This document shows, piece by piece, positions 37,846 to 48,680 of a DNA stretch of 64,000 nucleotides (within the stretch, counting starts at the first letter, position 1; each line of letters opens with the position of its first letter). The position numbers and the translations under genes are program-made. The notes beneath the pieces were generated by a model. That model was not told the origin of the DNA. It saw only the letters and a program-made list of their open reading frames with translations, and searched no databases. The stretch covers positions 1 to 64,000 of the forward strand of contig CAXXFK010000020.1 of assembly GCA_963663965.2 (NCBI GenBank), in the 5' to 3' direction. Source of the stretch: Sedimentisphaerales bacterium (lineage in GTDB: Bacteria > Planctomycetota > Phycisphaerae > Sedimentisphaerales > SM23-30).

Positions 37846-39294
37846 TTATTGAATACTGGAATTTTGGTGTAACTGCGTAAGATACCTGCGAACAAGCCAG
37901 GCATCCTGCGGGGGGATCGATTCATTGGGACAAACCGATTCCGCAATTTGTCGGGGCCCTGCCTCGACGGAACTGGCGGCCGGCCCTGGATTGGGTTGGG
38001 GAGCGGAACGCTCATGGGTAACTTTGTTGGTGCCCGGCCCCAGCAAGCCTCTGACAAAATCCGGAACTGGAATACCCAGGACCAGCGCCGCAGTACCACG
38101 TGACTTTTTGGGCGTGGAGGGTCCACCACGGCCACTACCGGGCTTTCCGGAATCGGCACTTATACCCAGGTCGCGCGTTGGAGCCTGGTTACGATCTTTT
38201 AAGAAAGGTTGGATACCACTGCGTTGTAAATTCGATTCGGGTTGATCTTCTACTTCAGAACTAACCGTTTCATCATCCTGATTTCCTTCCACCATACGTA
38301 AGCGTTGAGACCAGGTATTTTGTACCGCAATACCGCCTTTGCCGCCTGAAAGACCCTGCCCGATGGATGAATCGCCCTGGTCGCCACTCCCCTTCATGGG
38401 GGGTTGCTGGCGTTGAGATCTGGCATTGGGGTTCCTTTGCGTGTCAGGACTGGGTTTGTTTTTTCCTTGATTAGACGCCGTCATTTCAACACTGGTTCCG
38501 GAGGCATTGGCATTTTGAAAAGAAAATCCCGGCGGATTCAGCATCCCACTACTGATCGTACCGGCAGCTTTTTCCTGGGGATTGTCTTGACGATTAGCGG
38601 GAATCCGGGCCGGCTGGTCCAGATTAGACTGGCTCGTTGTGGGCTTGGCGATTGCCATATTTGACTGTTCGGTATGATCCACTTCTTTATCGGAAGCCGA
38701 TGCAGTCGAATCAAATGGCGCCTGAGCCATAGCCCGATGTAAATTAACATCCAGTGGCTGACCAGACCGGGAATACGACCATTGAAAAGCAATAACACTG
38801 AAGATACCGCATAAGAGTAAGTAAATACAATCTCGACGCCAGCGCATCGGCACTTTTTCCAGTAACGGATTCATATGGGCCTGTTCACGCAATAAGGACA
38901 GACCTTGCATAATAGCAGCCCGGGCAAACAAGGTTGTTTTATCAGCCTGGACAAAATACCATGCCGTTGCGATTTGATTATGCTGCCCCACTGCCAGATC
39001 CAATCGTTGTGCGGCGTCGAGCCAACTGGGTTGTCGCCCCCAGTAAGGAACAATCCAGATAATGATAATGGTGAGAAACAGGCCGGTCAGACATATTAAA
39101 TAGATAAATAATTCCGGTAATAAATTAAAATTTAGTATTCTTATTAGAACAAACAATAAAGCAAACAGGACCATTGCAATCAAACCCACCTGACAAGCCT
39201 GTGTCAGGCGATTGAACAACTGCTGCCGCCAGAGTTTCGTCCGGACGTCAGTTAACAATCTGATCATTTCTTCTTTAAGCGCCATCATTTTCAT
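37846..39294 (-). CDS. Membrane protein with low-complexity C-terminus, MoxR-locus accessory
   Basis: Three TM segments, AAQRLD motif, S/Q/G/P-rich tail ending IPP....LVRRYL; ATGA overlap with upstream gene. Confidence 0.8.
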   Translation of the reverse strand: MKMMALKEEMIRLLTDVRTKLWRQQLFNRLTQACQVGLIAMVLFALLFVLIRILNFNLLPELFIYLICLTGLFLTIIIIWIVPYWGRQPSWLDAAQRLDLAVGQHNQIATAWYFVQADKTTLFARAAIMQGLSLLREQAHMNPLLEKVPMRWRRDCIYLLLCGIFSVIAFQWSYSRSGQPLDVNLHRAMAQAPFDSTASASDKEVDHTEQSNMAIAKPTTSQSNLDQPARIPANRQDNPQEKAAGTISSGMLNPPGFSFQNANASGTSVEMTASNQGKNKPSPDTQRNPNARSQRQQPPMKGSGDQGDSSIGQGLSGGKGGIAVQNTWSQRLRMVEGNQDDETVSSEVEDQPESNLQRSGIQPFLKDRNQAPTRDLGISADSGKPGSGRGGPSTPKKSRGTAALVLGIPVPDFVRGLLGPGTNKVTHERSAPQPNPGPAASSVEAGPRQIAESVCPNESIPPQDAWLVRRYLTQLHQNSSIQ

Positions 39295-41612
39295 TCTTGA
39301 TTTAACTCGAGCGACAAGACAGATAAATCAGCTTTATTATCAGGATTCTGGACTATTGCGACTATAACCAGTTCCGCAGGGTCGATATAAGTCGGACGAG
39401 TATAGAATCGTACACCTTGGGTCTCTTCCTGACCAGCAATCTGATCGGAAATAATTTTATTCAGATTTTCCATATCAAGTTCAATGGGAAATGCCAAGAC
39501 ACTGCCATCGCGAGGTAGAGTCAGTCCGTTCGGATCAGTCAGGGATGTTCGGCAAACATTGCGATGAAGAAGTATCCCATTTCCTCCGGATACCATAATG
39601 ATTTTTTCGCAAACAAGTACCCACAACCGTCCATCGGTTGCGGCCGGGCCTTGCACCTTAACCTGGCCGGTTATGATACCATCACGATGGTCGATACCGC
39701 CGGAAAGCTGCCAAGTCTCCGAAATGGGTTGAGATTTCAATGCAGCTCGTTTAAGTACGCCAAAGACCTGCTCCGCCATGGTTTCATCACCTGCGGGTGA
39801 TTGCGCGTCATTCCCATCAAACAGGATCGTAGCCGTATCGGTCACCTGATAAAATTCGCCCCGGGCCAAAGCCGCCGGACAGACTAGAGGATCCGGTGAC
39901 GGTACGGGTAGATGATAACCAATCAATACGACCGTTTGATCGGTAAAATACTCTCGCAATCCGCTAAATGCCAACTCGGCAACCTGTGTCATGGGTTGAT
40001 CGACACAAGTAAACATTTCGATCAATCGAACCGGTTTTTCATCGACAAGACTCTTATCGTCATCATATCGCGTTGCCGGATGATATTCCGGAATGCGTCC
40101 CTCCAGAAGCTGTTCGGCATCCCGCATGGTAAATTGTTCACGGAATACTGCGTCATTATTCAATCGTCCCAGCGCCTGGGCGGCTTCCGGAGGCGCATCT
40201 TTGGCGATCGCCGCCTGTAAATAACGCGACCAGGCACGATTACATTTTTCAGTTTTTTCATACAAAACACCCAGCCAGTAATTGACAAAGGGATCCTGAG
40301 GCATGCCGAAAACGGCCGAAAGTAAATAACGACGCGCCTGGAGAAAATCTTTCTGCATAACGGCCAGGCGACCCAAACGAGCTCTTATCTGATATTCCGC
40401 CAGCGCATTGACATCATCAGGGGCGGAATCCAGAGCCATATCCAGCACCATTCGGCCCACGTCAGCCAGATCGTTGCTGTCATTATTGTATAGCTCATCC
40501 GCCAGTTCTATCAATCGACGTGCGCGTAATCCCGGTTTTACGGTGGCGGCATATAGGCGAACCGCGTGAATAACGGTTTTCGGATCAAGCGGAAATTCTG
40601 CCAGACGCAAACGATAGAGAATCTGAGCGGCTTCCTGTGCCAGTCTCGAATGAGGATGTTCAGTTACAAACTGTTCGACCCCATTGGCGTTTTCTTCATA
40701 TCGCGCGACAAAAAATGCTTGTTCGGCAGTCGGAAAATTGGGTTCGAGTGTTTCCAGAAACCACATCTTATTATGGTCATAATCGATGGTAATCCGGAAA
40801 TGGTCCATCAAATTCGCGCCCAGAATGACATCACAGGGTGTAGACAGCATCGCGGTAAGGTCTTCCGGACGCAATGCAATATAATCGGTAATTTCCAGAT
40901 CGCCCAGGGTCAGGGTATCGAGATCGCCGCCGGGAGCCCCGGCCAGATCGGCAGTAACCTGATCGATCAGCGTATCGACTACTGCGGTAGAAAAACGTAT
41001 CTTTAATTCAAAATCCTCACCGGCATGACCGGTCATCCAGTAGCCATTACTCTGTGATTCAAAGGGTATCACCCAGCTTTTGCCTGACTTCCAGGCCGAA
41101 TTGAGTTCGAGTTCGGGATCGGTCAAAATCGCATCCAATGGCCTTGATAAAAGGCTTAAACTCAAGTTTCTGGTATTGAGTTCAACAGTATGCCCTGCGA
41201 ATGCCGGTAATCCAACCACGGCCACAACGGGGATTTCTTCCAGTTCTTCGGCATAATCACGGGTAATTTCCTCTAGTAGTTCAATACCGGCAGGGGTACA
41301 GGAAATATCTGACAAGGTGAATTCACTGAACCGCAAAGCAACCGGGGATCCTTTATCGACTTTGAGGACCTTGGACGTGTTTTCATGAATTAACAAGGGG
41401 ATAGGAGTACCTAAATCGATGATCATATGCGCCGGAACCGCACGATCAGCATGGACAAGCTCACCCCTGGCAATAAAACGGCCGCCAATTTGCTTGAGAG
41501 AGAGTGTGGCCGCCTGACATTCCGATCCTAAAATGATAAACAAAAATGCCACATATACCACTGCAATAGAGTGATACCACATTGCTCTTTGCCCAAATTG
41601 TCGCTGATCCAT
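39291..41612 (-). CDS. Secreted retropepsin-like + TPR + thioredoxin-like protein with degenerate catalytic motifs
   Basis: MIIDLGT, DVILGANLMDHFRITIDY (aspartyl protease-like); TPR helices; VRLIEMFT...YHLPVPSPDPL...RGEFY (thioredoxin/Omp28-like). Start uncertain. Confidence 0.78.
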   Translation of the reverse strand: MDQRQFGQRAMWYHSIAVVYVAFLFIILGSECQAATLSLKQIGGRFIARGELVHADRAVPAHMIIDLGTPIPLLIHENTSKVLKVDKGSPVALRFSEFTLSDISCTPAGIELLEEITRDYAEELEEIPVVAVVGLPAFAGHTVELNTRNLSLSLLSRPLDAILTDPELELNSAWKSGKSWVIPFESQSNGYWMTGHAGEDFELKIRFSTAVVDTLIDQVTADLAGAPGGDLDTLTLGDLEITDYIALRPEDLTAMLSTPCDVILGANLMDHFRITIDYDHNKMWFLETLEPNFPTAEQAFFVARYEENANGVEQFVTEHPHSRLAQEAAQILYRLRLAEFPLDPKTVIHAVRLYAATVKPGLRARRLIELADELYNNDSNDLADVGRMVLDMALDSAPDDVNALAEYQIRARLGRLAVMQKDFLQARRYLLSAVFGMPQDPFVNYWLGVLYEKTEKCNRAWSRYLQAAIAKDAPPEAAQALGRLNNDAVFREQFTMRDAEQLLEGRIPEYHPATRYDDDKSLVDEKPVRLIEMFTCVDQPMTQVAELAFSGLREYFTDQTVVLIGYHLPVPSPDPLVCPAALARGEFYQVTDTATILFDGNDAQSPAGDETMAEQVFGVLKRAALKSQPISETWQLSGGIDHRDGIITGQVKVQGPAATDGRLWVLVCEKIIMVSGGNGILLHRNVCRTSLTDPNGLTLPRDGSVLAFPIELDMENLNKIISDQIAGQEETQGVRFYTRPTYIDPAELVIVAIVQNPDNKADLSVLSLELNQE

Positions 41613-41634
41613 GCGTCGAATATACCTGGTGATA

Positions 41635-42297
41635 TTATTTTGATTGATCAAGCTGCTGCTCGACGTGACAATCGGCATATAAAACATTAATCGCTTTCGA
41701 GGTATTAAGTCCACGACCAAAACTATGCGGAATCTTCCGTTCTTCTAAGGGTATCGCAAATCCTGCCTCGCTACCATTAGCCAGAAAACCAGGCGTATAA
41801 GGATAATATTGGTAATTATCCCAGACCAACCAGGTGGTGCGCATCCGTTTCATGGTAGAAGTTTTTGTTGTCTTAAGCATAGCGGCTATACTAAATGCAT
41901 ACGTATTCCCCAGATCCTTCATCCACAACAAGGGCTGAGCCTTACATACCCAAATTTCGCTATTGGCTTCAATGCAATTATTGGCACCCAACACAGCCGC
42001 AAGTCCATATTTTTCAGGCAAGCCACGACGATCTTCAGGATCCCGGTATCCAGGTGTCGCGCGGAAAGGAAACCCGCCAAGCGTATCCCTGTCGGGGAAT
42101 TTATCGTCGTAATCCATGGCATACATGTTCATCGCATAACCAATATCTTTAAGGTGGGTAGTACAAACTACATGTAGCGCCCTTTTTCGAGAACTGGCCA
42201 ATGCTGGAACCATGATACTTATCAAAATCGCTATAATTGATATGACTACTAATAATTCAATTAAAGTAAAAGCTCTCAATCTCATTTTAACTCGCAT
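41635..42297 (-). CDS. Prepilin-type N-terminal cleavage/methylation protein (DUF1559-like)
   Basis: [26 protein letters not shown]...C..HLK.IG.A..MY..D; C-terminal H...NVLYADCHV variant of the H-X9-DG motif. Confidence 0.9.
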   Translation of the reverse strand: MRVKMRLRAFTLIELLVVISIIAILISIMVPALASSRKRALHVVCTTHLKDIGYAMNMYAMDYDDKFPDRDTLGGFPFRATPGYRDPEDRRGLPEKYGLAAVLGANNCIEANSEIWVCKAQPLLWMKDLGNTYAFSIAAMLKTTKTSTMKRMRTTWLVWDNYQYYPYTPGFLANGSEAGFAIPLEERKIPHSFGRGLNTSKAINVLYADCHVEQQLDQSK

Positions 42298-42310
42298 ATA
42301 ACACCTCAGA

Positions 42311-44176
42311 TTAATCATCATAATCAAGCCAATGCTCAGCCAACAACACCAGGTCAGCAGCATCAACATCATCATCAAAATCAAAATCTCCTTGTGCCCA
42401 ATTTTTACCGTTCATTAAAAAGTTAGCGGTAAATATGACAAAGTCCTTCATATCAACCCCCTGGTCAAAATTCAGATTCCCAGGCAAAACAAAGCGATGG
42501 AGAACTTCAACATCCTTACCCGTAACACAAGCCTCTCGAAGGCCAGTACCCTCTTCGTTCAAGCTGCCATTCCCATTTAAATCTGCCTTCAAATAGTCTA
42601 AAAACGCTTGTCCTTCGGTTATTATCGGCAACACATTATCACGTGTTTTCTTTAACTGTTGTTTGAAAAAATTCATATCAACCAGATCAACGACTCCATC
42701 CCGGTTGAAATCACACGGTTCATAAACATTAATTCCTGCAACACAATATCCACCTACACTCATATACATAACCTGTGTAATGGTCTTGGCATCCGGACTG
42801 TTTGGATCCACATATTCAGGCAATATTTGACGAGTCATAGCTCGATAATAGGACGTATTATTTGAATTAGAACCTAAAGCCCGATTGAACATAATGTGCT
42901 GAATCTGGCTGGACAAACACAGCAGACGCCCTTCGCCATCATACCGATACAGACCACTTGGATTTCGGGTATGCATATAAATACTACCCGAATCGTCTGT
43001 CGTTACTGACCAGATTTTTAACAAACCTCCTGAATCCGCATAATTCGGATCATACGTTTCAGTAAAATCAAGAAATTCTGAGCCATCAATTACGTTATAA
43101 ATAGAAGGACTCATACTGCCATCGTCGACCAAACAATTCAATCCACACAGGTTGCCGCTGGCATCTGTACCATTGAACAAGACCTGGTCATAATTTTCAT
43201 CCCAGTTTTGATCTGTAAAATTACGGGTATATACAGGCAAAACTCCAGGTTCGGAAGTTGTAAATGTTGAAACTGAAATAGTGTCGTCGAACAACCTATG
43301 AATCTGCCGGGTCTGAATATCAATTGACCAAAGCCCTGTAAACATTCTTCCTGTGCGACTATCCATAGATACAAAATAAAGTTTATCGCCATTTGATGAA
43401 AACACTGCCCGGCGACCTCCAACCTGGTCTGAAGCAGTAGGGGACACCGGTCCTTTATCAATAGCGTTCGCCATATCCTGCAACGACATAAGCTTATTGA
43501 AAGCATCGTTCCAGTTAGTACAGCCATAGCCATATTCAGAACCATAAATTTCTGTCATCAAGCTGGTGGTATCGTAATGAGCGTTCGCCCGGTCAGGCTG
43601 TTTGTCAGTAGGAGACCATATCTCCCGCAAATCCCAACTCAAAAATCTTTTGGTTGCATCAGCAGTTATGGCGGTACTATTATCACTGATAATGACCAAT
43701 TGTCCCGTATCATAATAGATATCATTGATAATAACCGGTGAAGGATTTAACAGCATTCCGCTTATAAATGCCATTTTTTGGGGGAAAAATATTCCACCTT
43801 CAATATCTGTCGAACCGGTTATACGTCCCAAGTCTGATACCGTTGCACATTGCCACGATTTCCCTTTAGAATCACTAACCGTATTTTCAACATATGCCCA
43901 AGGGTGGGCGCTCCAATCTGGAAAAGACTCATCTGGCGAAACAAAACAACGAATGCCTTGATTAGATCCAAAGGTAGAAACATAGAAACGTTTGTCTGAT
44001 GGTCTATAGGTAAAGGCACCAATTGATTTACTTTGTTTGCCATTATAACTAATGTGGTTTTGAGGCACTAGCACCTCGAACTGGTCTGGCGCTTGATAGG
44101 CCTGGCATGTCACAAAGCCTGAAATTGATGCCAGTATAATTATCGCTTTAATATTAATGGCTCTATTTAAACACAT
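42311..44176 (-). CDS. Secreted beta-rich protein with dockerin-like EF-hand tail
   Basis: Signal peptide; CDFNRDGVVDLVD, ADLNGNG, PGNLNFDQGVDMKDF, GDFDFDDDVDAADLVLLAEHWL. Confidence 0.85.
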   Translation of the reverse strand: MCLNRAINIKAIIILASISGFVTCQAYQAPDQFEVLVPQNHISYNGKQSKSIGAFTYRPSDKRFYVSTFGSNQGIRCFVSPDESFPDWSAHPWAYVENTVSDSKGKSWQCATVSDLGRITGSTDIEGGIFFPQKMAFISGMLLNPSPVIINDIYYDTGQLVIISDNSTAITADATKRFLSWDLREIWSPTDKQPDRANAHYDTTSLMTEIYGSEYGYGCTNWNDAFNKLMSLQDMANAIDKGPVSPTASDQVGGRRAVFSSNGDKLYFVSMDSRTGRMFTGLWSIDIQTRQIHRLFDDTISVSTFTTSEPGVLPVYTRNFTDQNWDENYDQVLFNGTDASGNLCGLNCLVDDGSMSPSIYNVIDGSEFLDFTETYDPNYADSGGLLKIWSVTTDDSGSIYMHTRNPSGLYRYDGEGRLLCLSSQIQHIMFNRALGSNSNNTSYYRAMTRQILPEYVDPNSPDAKTITQVMYMSVGGYCVAGINVYEPCDFNRDGVVDLVDMNFFKQQLKKTRDNVLPIITEGQAFLDYLKADLNGNGSLNEEGTGLREACVTGKDVEVLHRFVLPGNLNFDQGVDMKDFVIFTANFLMNGKNWAQGDFDFDDDVDAADLVLLAEHWLDYDD

Positions 44177-44517
44177 AATTAATATATCCTTTGCAAGTAC
44201 CAATTATAGAACAAATTCAAAAAGCCACGAAATTTCTGTATTAACACAAAACATCTATCAATATTCAAGAAACAGCAAACATGTCAATATAATTCAAGAA
44301 ATAGTTTTATAGATATTATCACGTTTTATTATCAAATCTATCAAGATTTAAATAATCAAATTTACATTGTTAACCTGTGTTTGATTAATCATATTGCATC
44401 GCCATATTTTAATCTAAATTTTGTAAATTTGAAATTTTAATTGCTGCAACAAATTTTGTGGGTCTAAACTTATGACAGCCAAATAAAATCCATAAAAGGA
44501 TTATACACTAATCTTTA

Positions 44518-46035
44518 TTAAACACGTATTTCCAGCCACTGATTCAGCCAGATTAACAGATCTTTCACATCAACAATGCCATCTCGATTTAGATCGGCCC
44601 CATTACAACCGGGGCGACCCTCGCAATTTGTCTGAAACCAGAAACCGGCCAAAATGCCCAGATCAGCTAAATCGGCCAGACCATTCTGATCCATATCAGC
44701 CCGGATCGGATCCAGTAACGTCAACGCTTCGATCGTACCCGTTCCCGGATTATATTTATTATATAATGCGATTTGTCCGGCATTATTGATTGCCAGACAC
44801 TGGGTTAAAATCCCATCAAAGTTCTGAATAGTGATATCGTTCAAATTGGAAGCGCCTGCTTTTTTATCCCATACAAAAGCTACCCGGCTGGAACTGATCG
44901 CGTAACCTCCAACAACTTGAGCGGCATCGTTGAGATTATGAGCAAAGGAATTCCCGAATACAAAATTCAAAGGCCCTTGAGCCACGCTGAATCTGTCAAA
45001 TTCATCTGAAGTTTCATTCCAATCGAATATACCGTCTCCATCGGTATCATCCCAGTCACAAACATGATCATGATCCACATCGGTCCAGACATATCCCAGA
45101 ACGCTTCCCAAATCATTATCCATAGTACCGCAAACCTGGCCATGATTGTTGATACTGTAGGCAGTATTATCAAGTTCGGTCGCACTAACTGACGGAATCG
45201 TCAAAACCTCGTTAGGATCAACGAATTGGTTTTCGTTAAGATCACGCCAGACCCGGCCACTCGCATTCGTTCCCTGCAACGAATAACAGATTGAACCGAC
45301 TTCATTTATGCTAATCCGTGATACGCCACTGGTTGTGACTAACATTCGTGAGCACACTTCGACCAATTGGTAATTCTGTATCTCGAACCGGGCCCGATAC
45401 CATCCGGTATCACCACTGATCAGGGCATAGCCGCTGTCAGTAATATCGACGCATTCGCCTCGCGTCGCCTGAGGATTTAACTCCAAACCGATCATTTCAT
45501 CGATTGGCGCCAGATCGCGTATGCCATTGCCATTGTGATCGACCCAGATAAATGGTCTTAAAATTCCTTCAGCATCCGGACTTGAGCCGGCTACCCAACC
45601 AAGATTATTGATCGCCAGCGCTTCGCTGATTTCATTGCGATCCGGTTGGGTTGGATCGCCAAAATCACCTGTCAGATCACCAAGGTTTGAGGCTTGATCC
45701 AACTGATAGTTGTAATAAAAAGGCCGCCGATAGCTGTAAGTGCCTTCGGAACTTTTTCCGCCGTTCCAACCGGTGGTTACCAGATCGCCATGATCGTTAA
45801 GGCCTTGGTATTCCGGACGGCCGGGCACCAGCAAAGGTCTTCCCAGATCGGCATCCAAAGGATTCTGGATTGCCGGACGTAATTGCACTGCGTAATAACG
45901 GGTTGATTGAGACAAGGCAGTGCAATTCACAATCGAAATCACAACAAGCAAATAAGGCCAAAACAGAACCATTTGATAAGAATCAATTTGAATATTGGCA
46001 AAAAATACTAATTTTAATTTAGCGATAGTGGGCAT
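44518..46035 (-). CDS. Secreted HAF-repeat-like beta-propeller with dockerin-like tail
   Basis: SEALAINNLGWVAG, AYSINNHGQVCG, AHNLNDAAQVVG, AINNAGQI; ADMDQNGLADLADL...ADLNRDGIVDVKDL. Alternative start 45972. Confidence 0.87.
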   Translation of the reverse strand: MPTIAKLKLVFFANIQIDSYQMVLFWPYLLVVISIVNCTALSQSTRYYAVQLRPAIQNPLDADLGRPLLVPGRPEYQGLNDHGDLVTTGWNGGKSSEGTYSYRRPFYYNYQLDQASNLGDLTGDFGDPTQPDRNEISEALAINNLGWVAGSSPDAEGILRPFIWVDHNGNGIRDLAPIDEMIGLELNPQATRGECVDITDSGYALISGDTGWYRARFEIQNYQLVEVCSRMLVTTSGVSRISINEVGSICYSLQGTNASGRVWRDLNENQFVDPNEVLTIPSVSATELDNTAYSINNHGQVCGTMDNDLGSVLGYVWTDVDHDHVCDWDDTDGDGIFDWNETSDEFDRFSVAQGPLNFVFGNSFAHNLNDAAQVVGGYAISSSRVAFVWDKKAGASNLNDITIQNFDGILTQCLAINNAGQIALYNKYNPGTGTIEALTLLDPIRADMDQNGLADLADLGILAGFWFQTNCEGRPGCNGADLNRDGIVDVKDLLIWLNQWLEIRV

Positions 46036-47392
46036 TGGTTAGCCAGTTCTCCACAAAAGTGATCAAGTCCGGTATTTCGACCTCAGTATTTCCATCCAGA
46101 TCGGCCAAACTACAGGTCGCATCGCCCGTACAGCCATCTTGCAGCCAATACATAGAAAACATTCCCAGATCTTGCATGTCCAGATCAGCATCTTGATTCA
46201 TATCACCCGAAACAATGGGAGTCAGCATTAAAGTAGTCTCTATCTCGGTTGAACCTTTTTTATTATCCCCGTTGTCATCAAACCAACCCGAAACCATAAT
46301 CTGCCCACGATTATTGATCGCCTCCGCCTGACTGAGATAAAGAGGGCCCCGCCCAGGAACTTCAAACGTTTCGATCAGGTCATTCAAATTTTGTTGACCG
46401 TTTTCTGAATCCCAGACATAGGCGGCCCGCCCGTAAGGCATATCCCAAACAAAGCACCCCCCTACTATCTGTCCCTGATCATTCATATTGCGAACAAATG
46501 TATTTTTAAAAGGGGTACCAAAAGTAATTATTTCTGACAGATCCGCAATATTATCACCATTGGCGTCAGTCCACAGATAACCAATACTCACATTTAAGGC
46601 ATTTTTCATCACCCCCGCGACTCGCCCAGTAGCATCGATTTCATCTGACGACACGGAGGCTCCATTCACCGTATTAGGAATCGAAACCAACTCCGCTTCA
46701 TCTACAGTCAGGTTACCATTCAAATCGACCCAGCGCCAGCCTTGATTCCGGCCAGTCAATGCCAGTTGACCGGCTTCATTAACACCATTGGGTATTAGAT
46801 CAGCCGTATAGATTTTTTCGTTTTGCTCCGGTTGTCCGTTTCCGTTCTGATCGCGCCAGAGCCAACCCAGGTTCACATTACCATCTCCTGTATAATAATA
46901 GCTATAACCACAAACCCAACCCGTATTGCTAACCTCTCCGGCATAAGAACGATTATAAGGCTCACTATCAGCCAGATCGAGCATTTCATCCATCTCACGC
47001 TGGCCATTTCCATTTGCGTCAATCCAGCAAAAAGCATGGTAGGCGCCACTACGGTCTTCGTTACGTCCCACTACCCAACCTGCATTATTGATGGCATAAC
47101 CATTGCCGCCATATAAAGAATCAAACTCGCCGGCCATATCGCCCAGGTTGCTGTAAATGCCTTGATAGGGATCGGCAAAAAACGGTTGCGCCCGACCGTC
47201 AGTCAGATCAGGACGAAAGCCGTGACCACACACCTGGCCAAGATCATTCAGTCCATAGCCAACAGCAGCCTGAAATCCATCCGGACCGGCTAAAGCCTGG
47301 AGGTCCATCACTCGATATTCGGCGCCATAACTAGAGCCAATCAGCGCCAACAGATAGATGCCGGCGATTAATCTCGATACGTGATTCTTCAT
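46019..47392 (-). CDS. Secreted HAF-repeat-like beta-propeller with dockerin-like tail (paralog of downstream gene)
   Basis: GYGLNDLGQVCG, GYAINNAGWVVG...YHAFCW, AEAINNRGQI; GDMNQDADLDMQDL...ADLDGNTEVEIPDL. Confidence 0.88.
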   Translation of the reverse strand: MKNHVSRLIAGIYLLALIGSSYGAEYRVMDLQALAGPDGFQAAVGYGLNDLGQVCGHGFRPDLTDGRAQPFFADPYQGIYSNLGDMAGEFDSLYGGNGYAINNAGWVVGRNEDRSGAYHAFCWIDANGNGQREMDEMLDLADSEPYNRSYAGEVSNTGWVCGYSYYYTGDGNVNLGWLWRDQNGNGQPEQNEKIYTADLIPNGVNEAGQLALTGRNQGWRWVDLNGNLTVDEAELVSIPNTVNGASVSSDEIDATGRVAGVMKNALNVSIGYLWTDANGDNIADLSEIITFGTPFKNTFVRNMNDQGQIVGGCFVWDMPYGRAAYVWDSENGQQNLNDLIETFEVPGRGPLYLSQAEAINNRGQIMVSGWFDDNGDNKKGSTEIETTLMLTPIVSGDMNQDADLDMQDLGMFSMYWLQDGCTGDATCSLADLDGNTEVEIPDLITFVENWLTNAHYR

Positions 47393-47415
47393 TACTCTGT
47401 TCTCGATTTTGTTAG

Positions 47416-47454
47416 TAATCACTCCCGGCGACATTATGCCGCCGGGAGTGATTA
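47416..47454 (-). terminator. Strong hairpin after the PEP-CTERM gene (leaky terminator or mRNA stabiliser)
   Basis: 15-bp perfect arms TAATCACTCCCGGCG / CGCCGGGAGTGATTA; no clear U-tract on the coding strand. Confidence 0.55.
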
Positions 47455-47472
47455 GTAGTTACCTAATTGACA

Positions 47473-48513
47473 TTATTTAGCATTGCGGCGTTTGAGCAGT
47501 CCTAAACCGCCCAGAACCATCAGTCCCAGGGTGGTCGGTTCAGGAATGGTGCAATACGCCATGGATCCCTGATTGTATGCGGTCGCAGCCAGTTCGCCAT
47601 TAAAGATACTGAAACCGGCAACGATGGCAGTTCCCAGCGCACCGTTTTCCAGATCTTCACGAGTCATAAATACTTTTAAGGTCCCGCTGGGATCTGTAGG
47701 ATCGAAACTCAAAACATCGCGGGAAGAATTCTCACTGATATAAATCAAGCCATCGGCCGGATTGTAAACCTGAGAGGCAATACCCGCAGTTGATTCGCCG
47801 GTTAATGCAATGATATCTTCCTTACTAAAGATTTGGGTCAAATTGGTACCATCAAATTTCCAGACCGAATCAGTAGTAGTGTTCCCCAGATACAGATTGC
47901 CGCTATCATCATAGGCCAACTGCCCCTGAACCCCGGCACTACCCATAACGTCATTCATCAACTGATTAGAAATCAAAACACTTGCAACTCCCATACCATT
48001 GGTTTGGACAATCTGATCGAGATCGGTTTCATAGAATACTGCTTCACCGGATGGGCTGACAGTAGTATAACCACTCGTCACGGCATCGCCACCAACCTGA
48101 TCCTGCATTTGAGTCTTACTCAGGTAAACCGCTTGAGTACCATCCGTCTTACTGATAGTCCAGACTTCATCTGGAATGCCGCCAATAATCATTAAATTAT
48201 CACCCGAAATTCCCAGAGAATTACCTGTTGTCAGATTGCCGGGATATTCCGACAATACAGAAGCAGCGGCGTCCGGCGTACCGGCATCGGTCACCTTTAC
48301 CCACCAGGTATAGGATGGATTACTACTGCGCACTTCGGCATAGACCGTCGAACCATCCGCAATCGCTTTTGAATAGGAATTGGGCAACAGCGCCCCACCC
48401 ATATGATCACTCACGGCAGTTTCGATAATACTCCACGGAACGACTGCTTCATAAGCCGCTTGAACAGTTACGGCCGCAACCAGAACCACCACTAAAATCA
48501 TCGCTTTCTTCAT
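47473..48513 (-). CDS. PEP-CTERM sorting domain surface protein (beta-propeller-like)
   Basis: MKKAMILVVVLVAAVTVQA signal; C-terminus IPEPTTLGLMVLGGLGLLKRRNAK; AGGAAGGAG RBS. Confidence 0.93.
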   Translation of the reverse strand: MKKAMILVVVLVAAVTVQAAYEAVVPWSIIETAVSDHMGGALLPNSYSKAIADGSTVYAEVRSSNPSYTWWVKVTDAGTPDAAASVLSEYPGNLTTGNSLGISGDNLMIIGGIPDEVWTISKTDGTQAVYLSKTQMQDQVGGDAVTSGYTTVSPSGEAVFYETDLDQIVQTNGMGVASVLISNQLMNDVMGSAGVQGQLAYDDSGNLYLGNTTTDSVWKFDGTNLTQIFSKEDIIALTGESTAGIASQVYNPADGLIYISENSSRDVLSFDPTDPSGTLKVFMTREDLENGALGTAIVAGFSIFNGELAATAYNQGSMAYCTIPEPTTLGLMVLGGLGLLKRRNAK

Positions 48514-48680
48514 AACGAACTTCTCCTTCCTGGAGGCGCACATTGTCCTCCAACAAAATTAAATATTAACATCTATGTCCTTTGCATAACAAATGCAACT
48601 CTTACAGACACATAAGTAGGGCCATCCCGGGCCATTTCCACCGGTTCCATCCGGGGCTTTTACCTTATTTGACGGATATG

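Noticed and set aside
48600..48680. Known riboswitch (cobalamin, c-di-GMP, TPP, SAM)
   Set aside because: Could not match the conserved cores by eye; kept only as an unclassified candidate leader.
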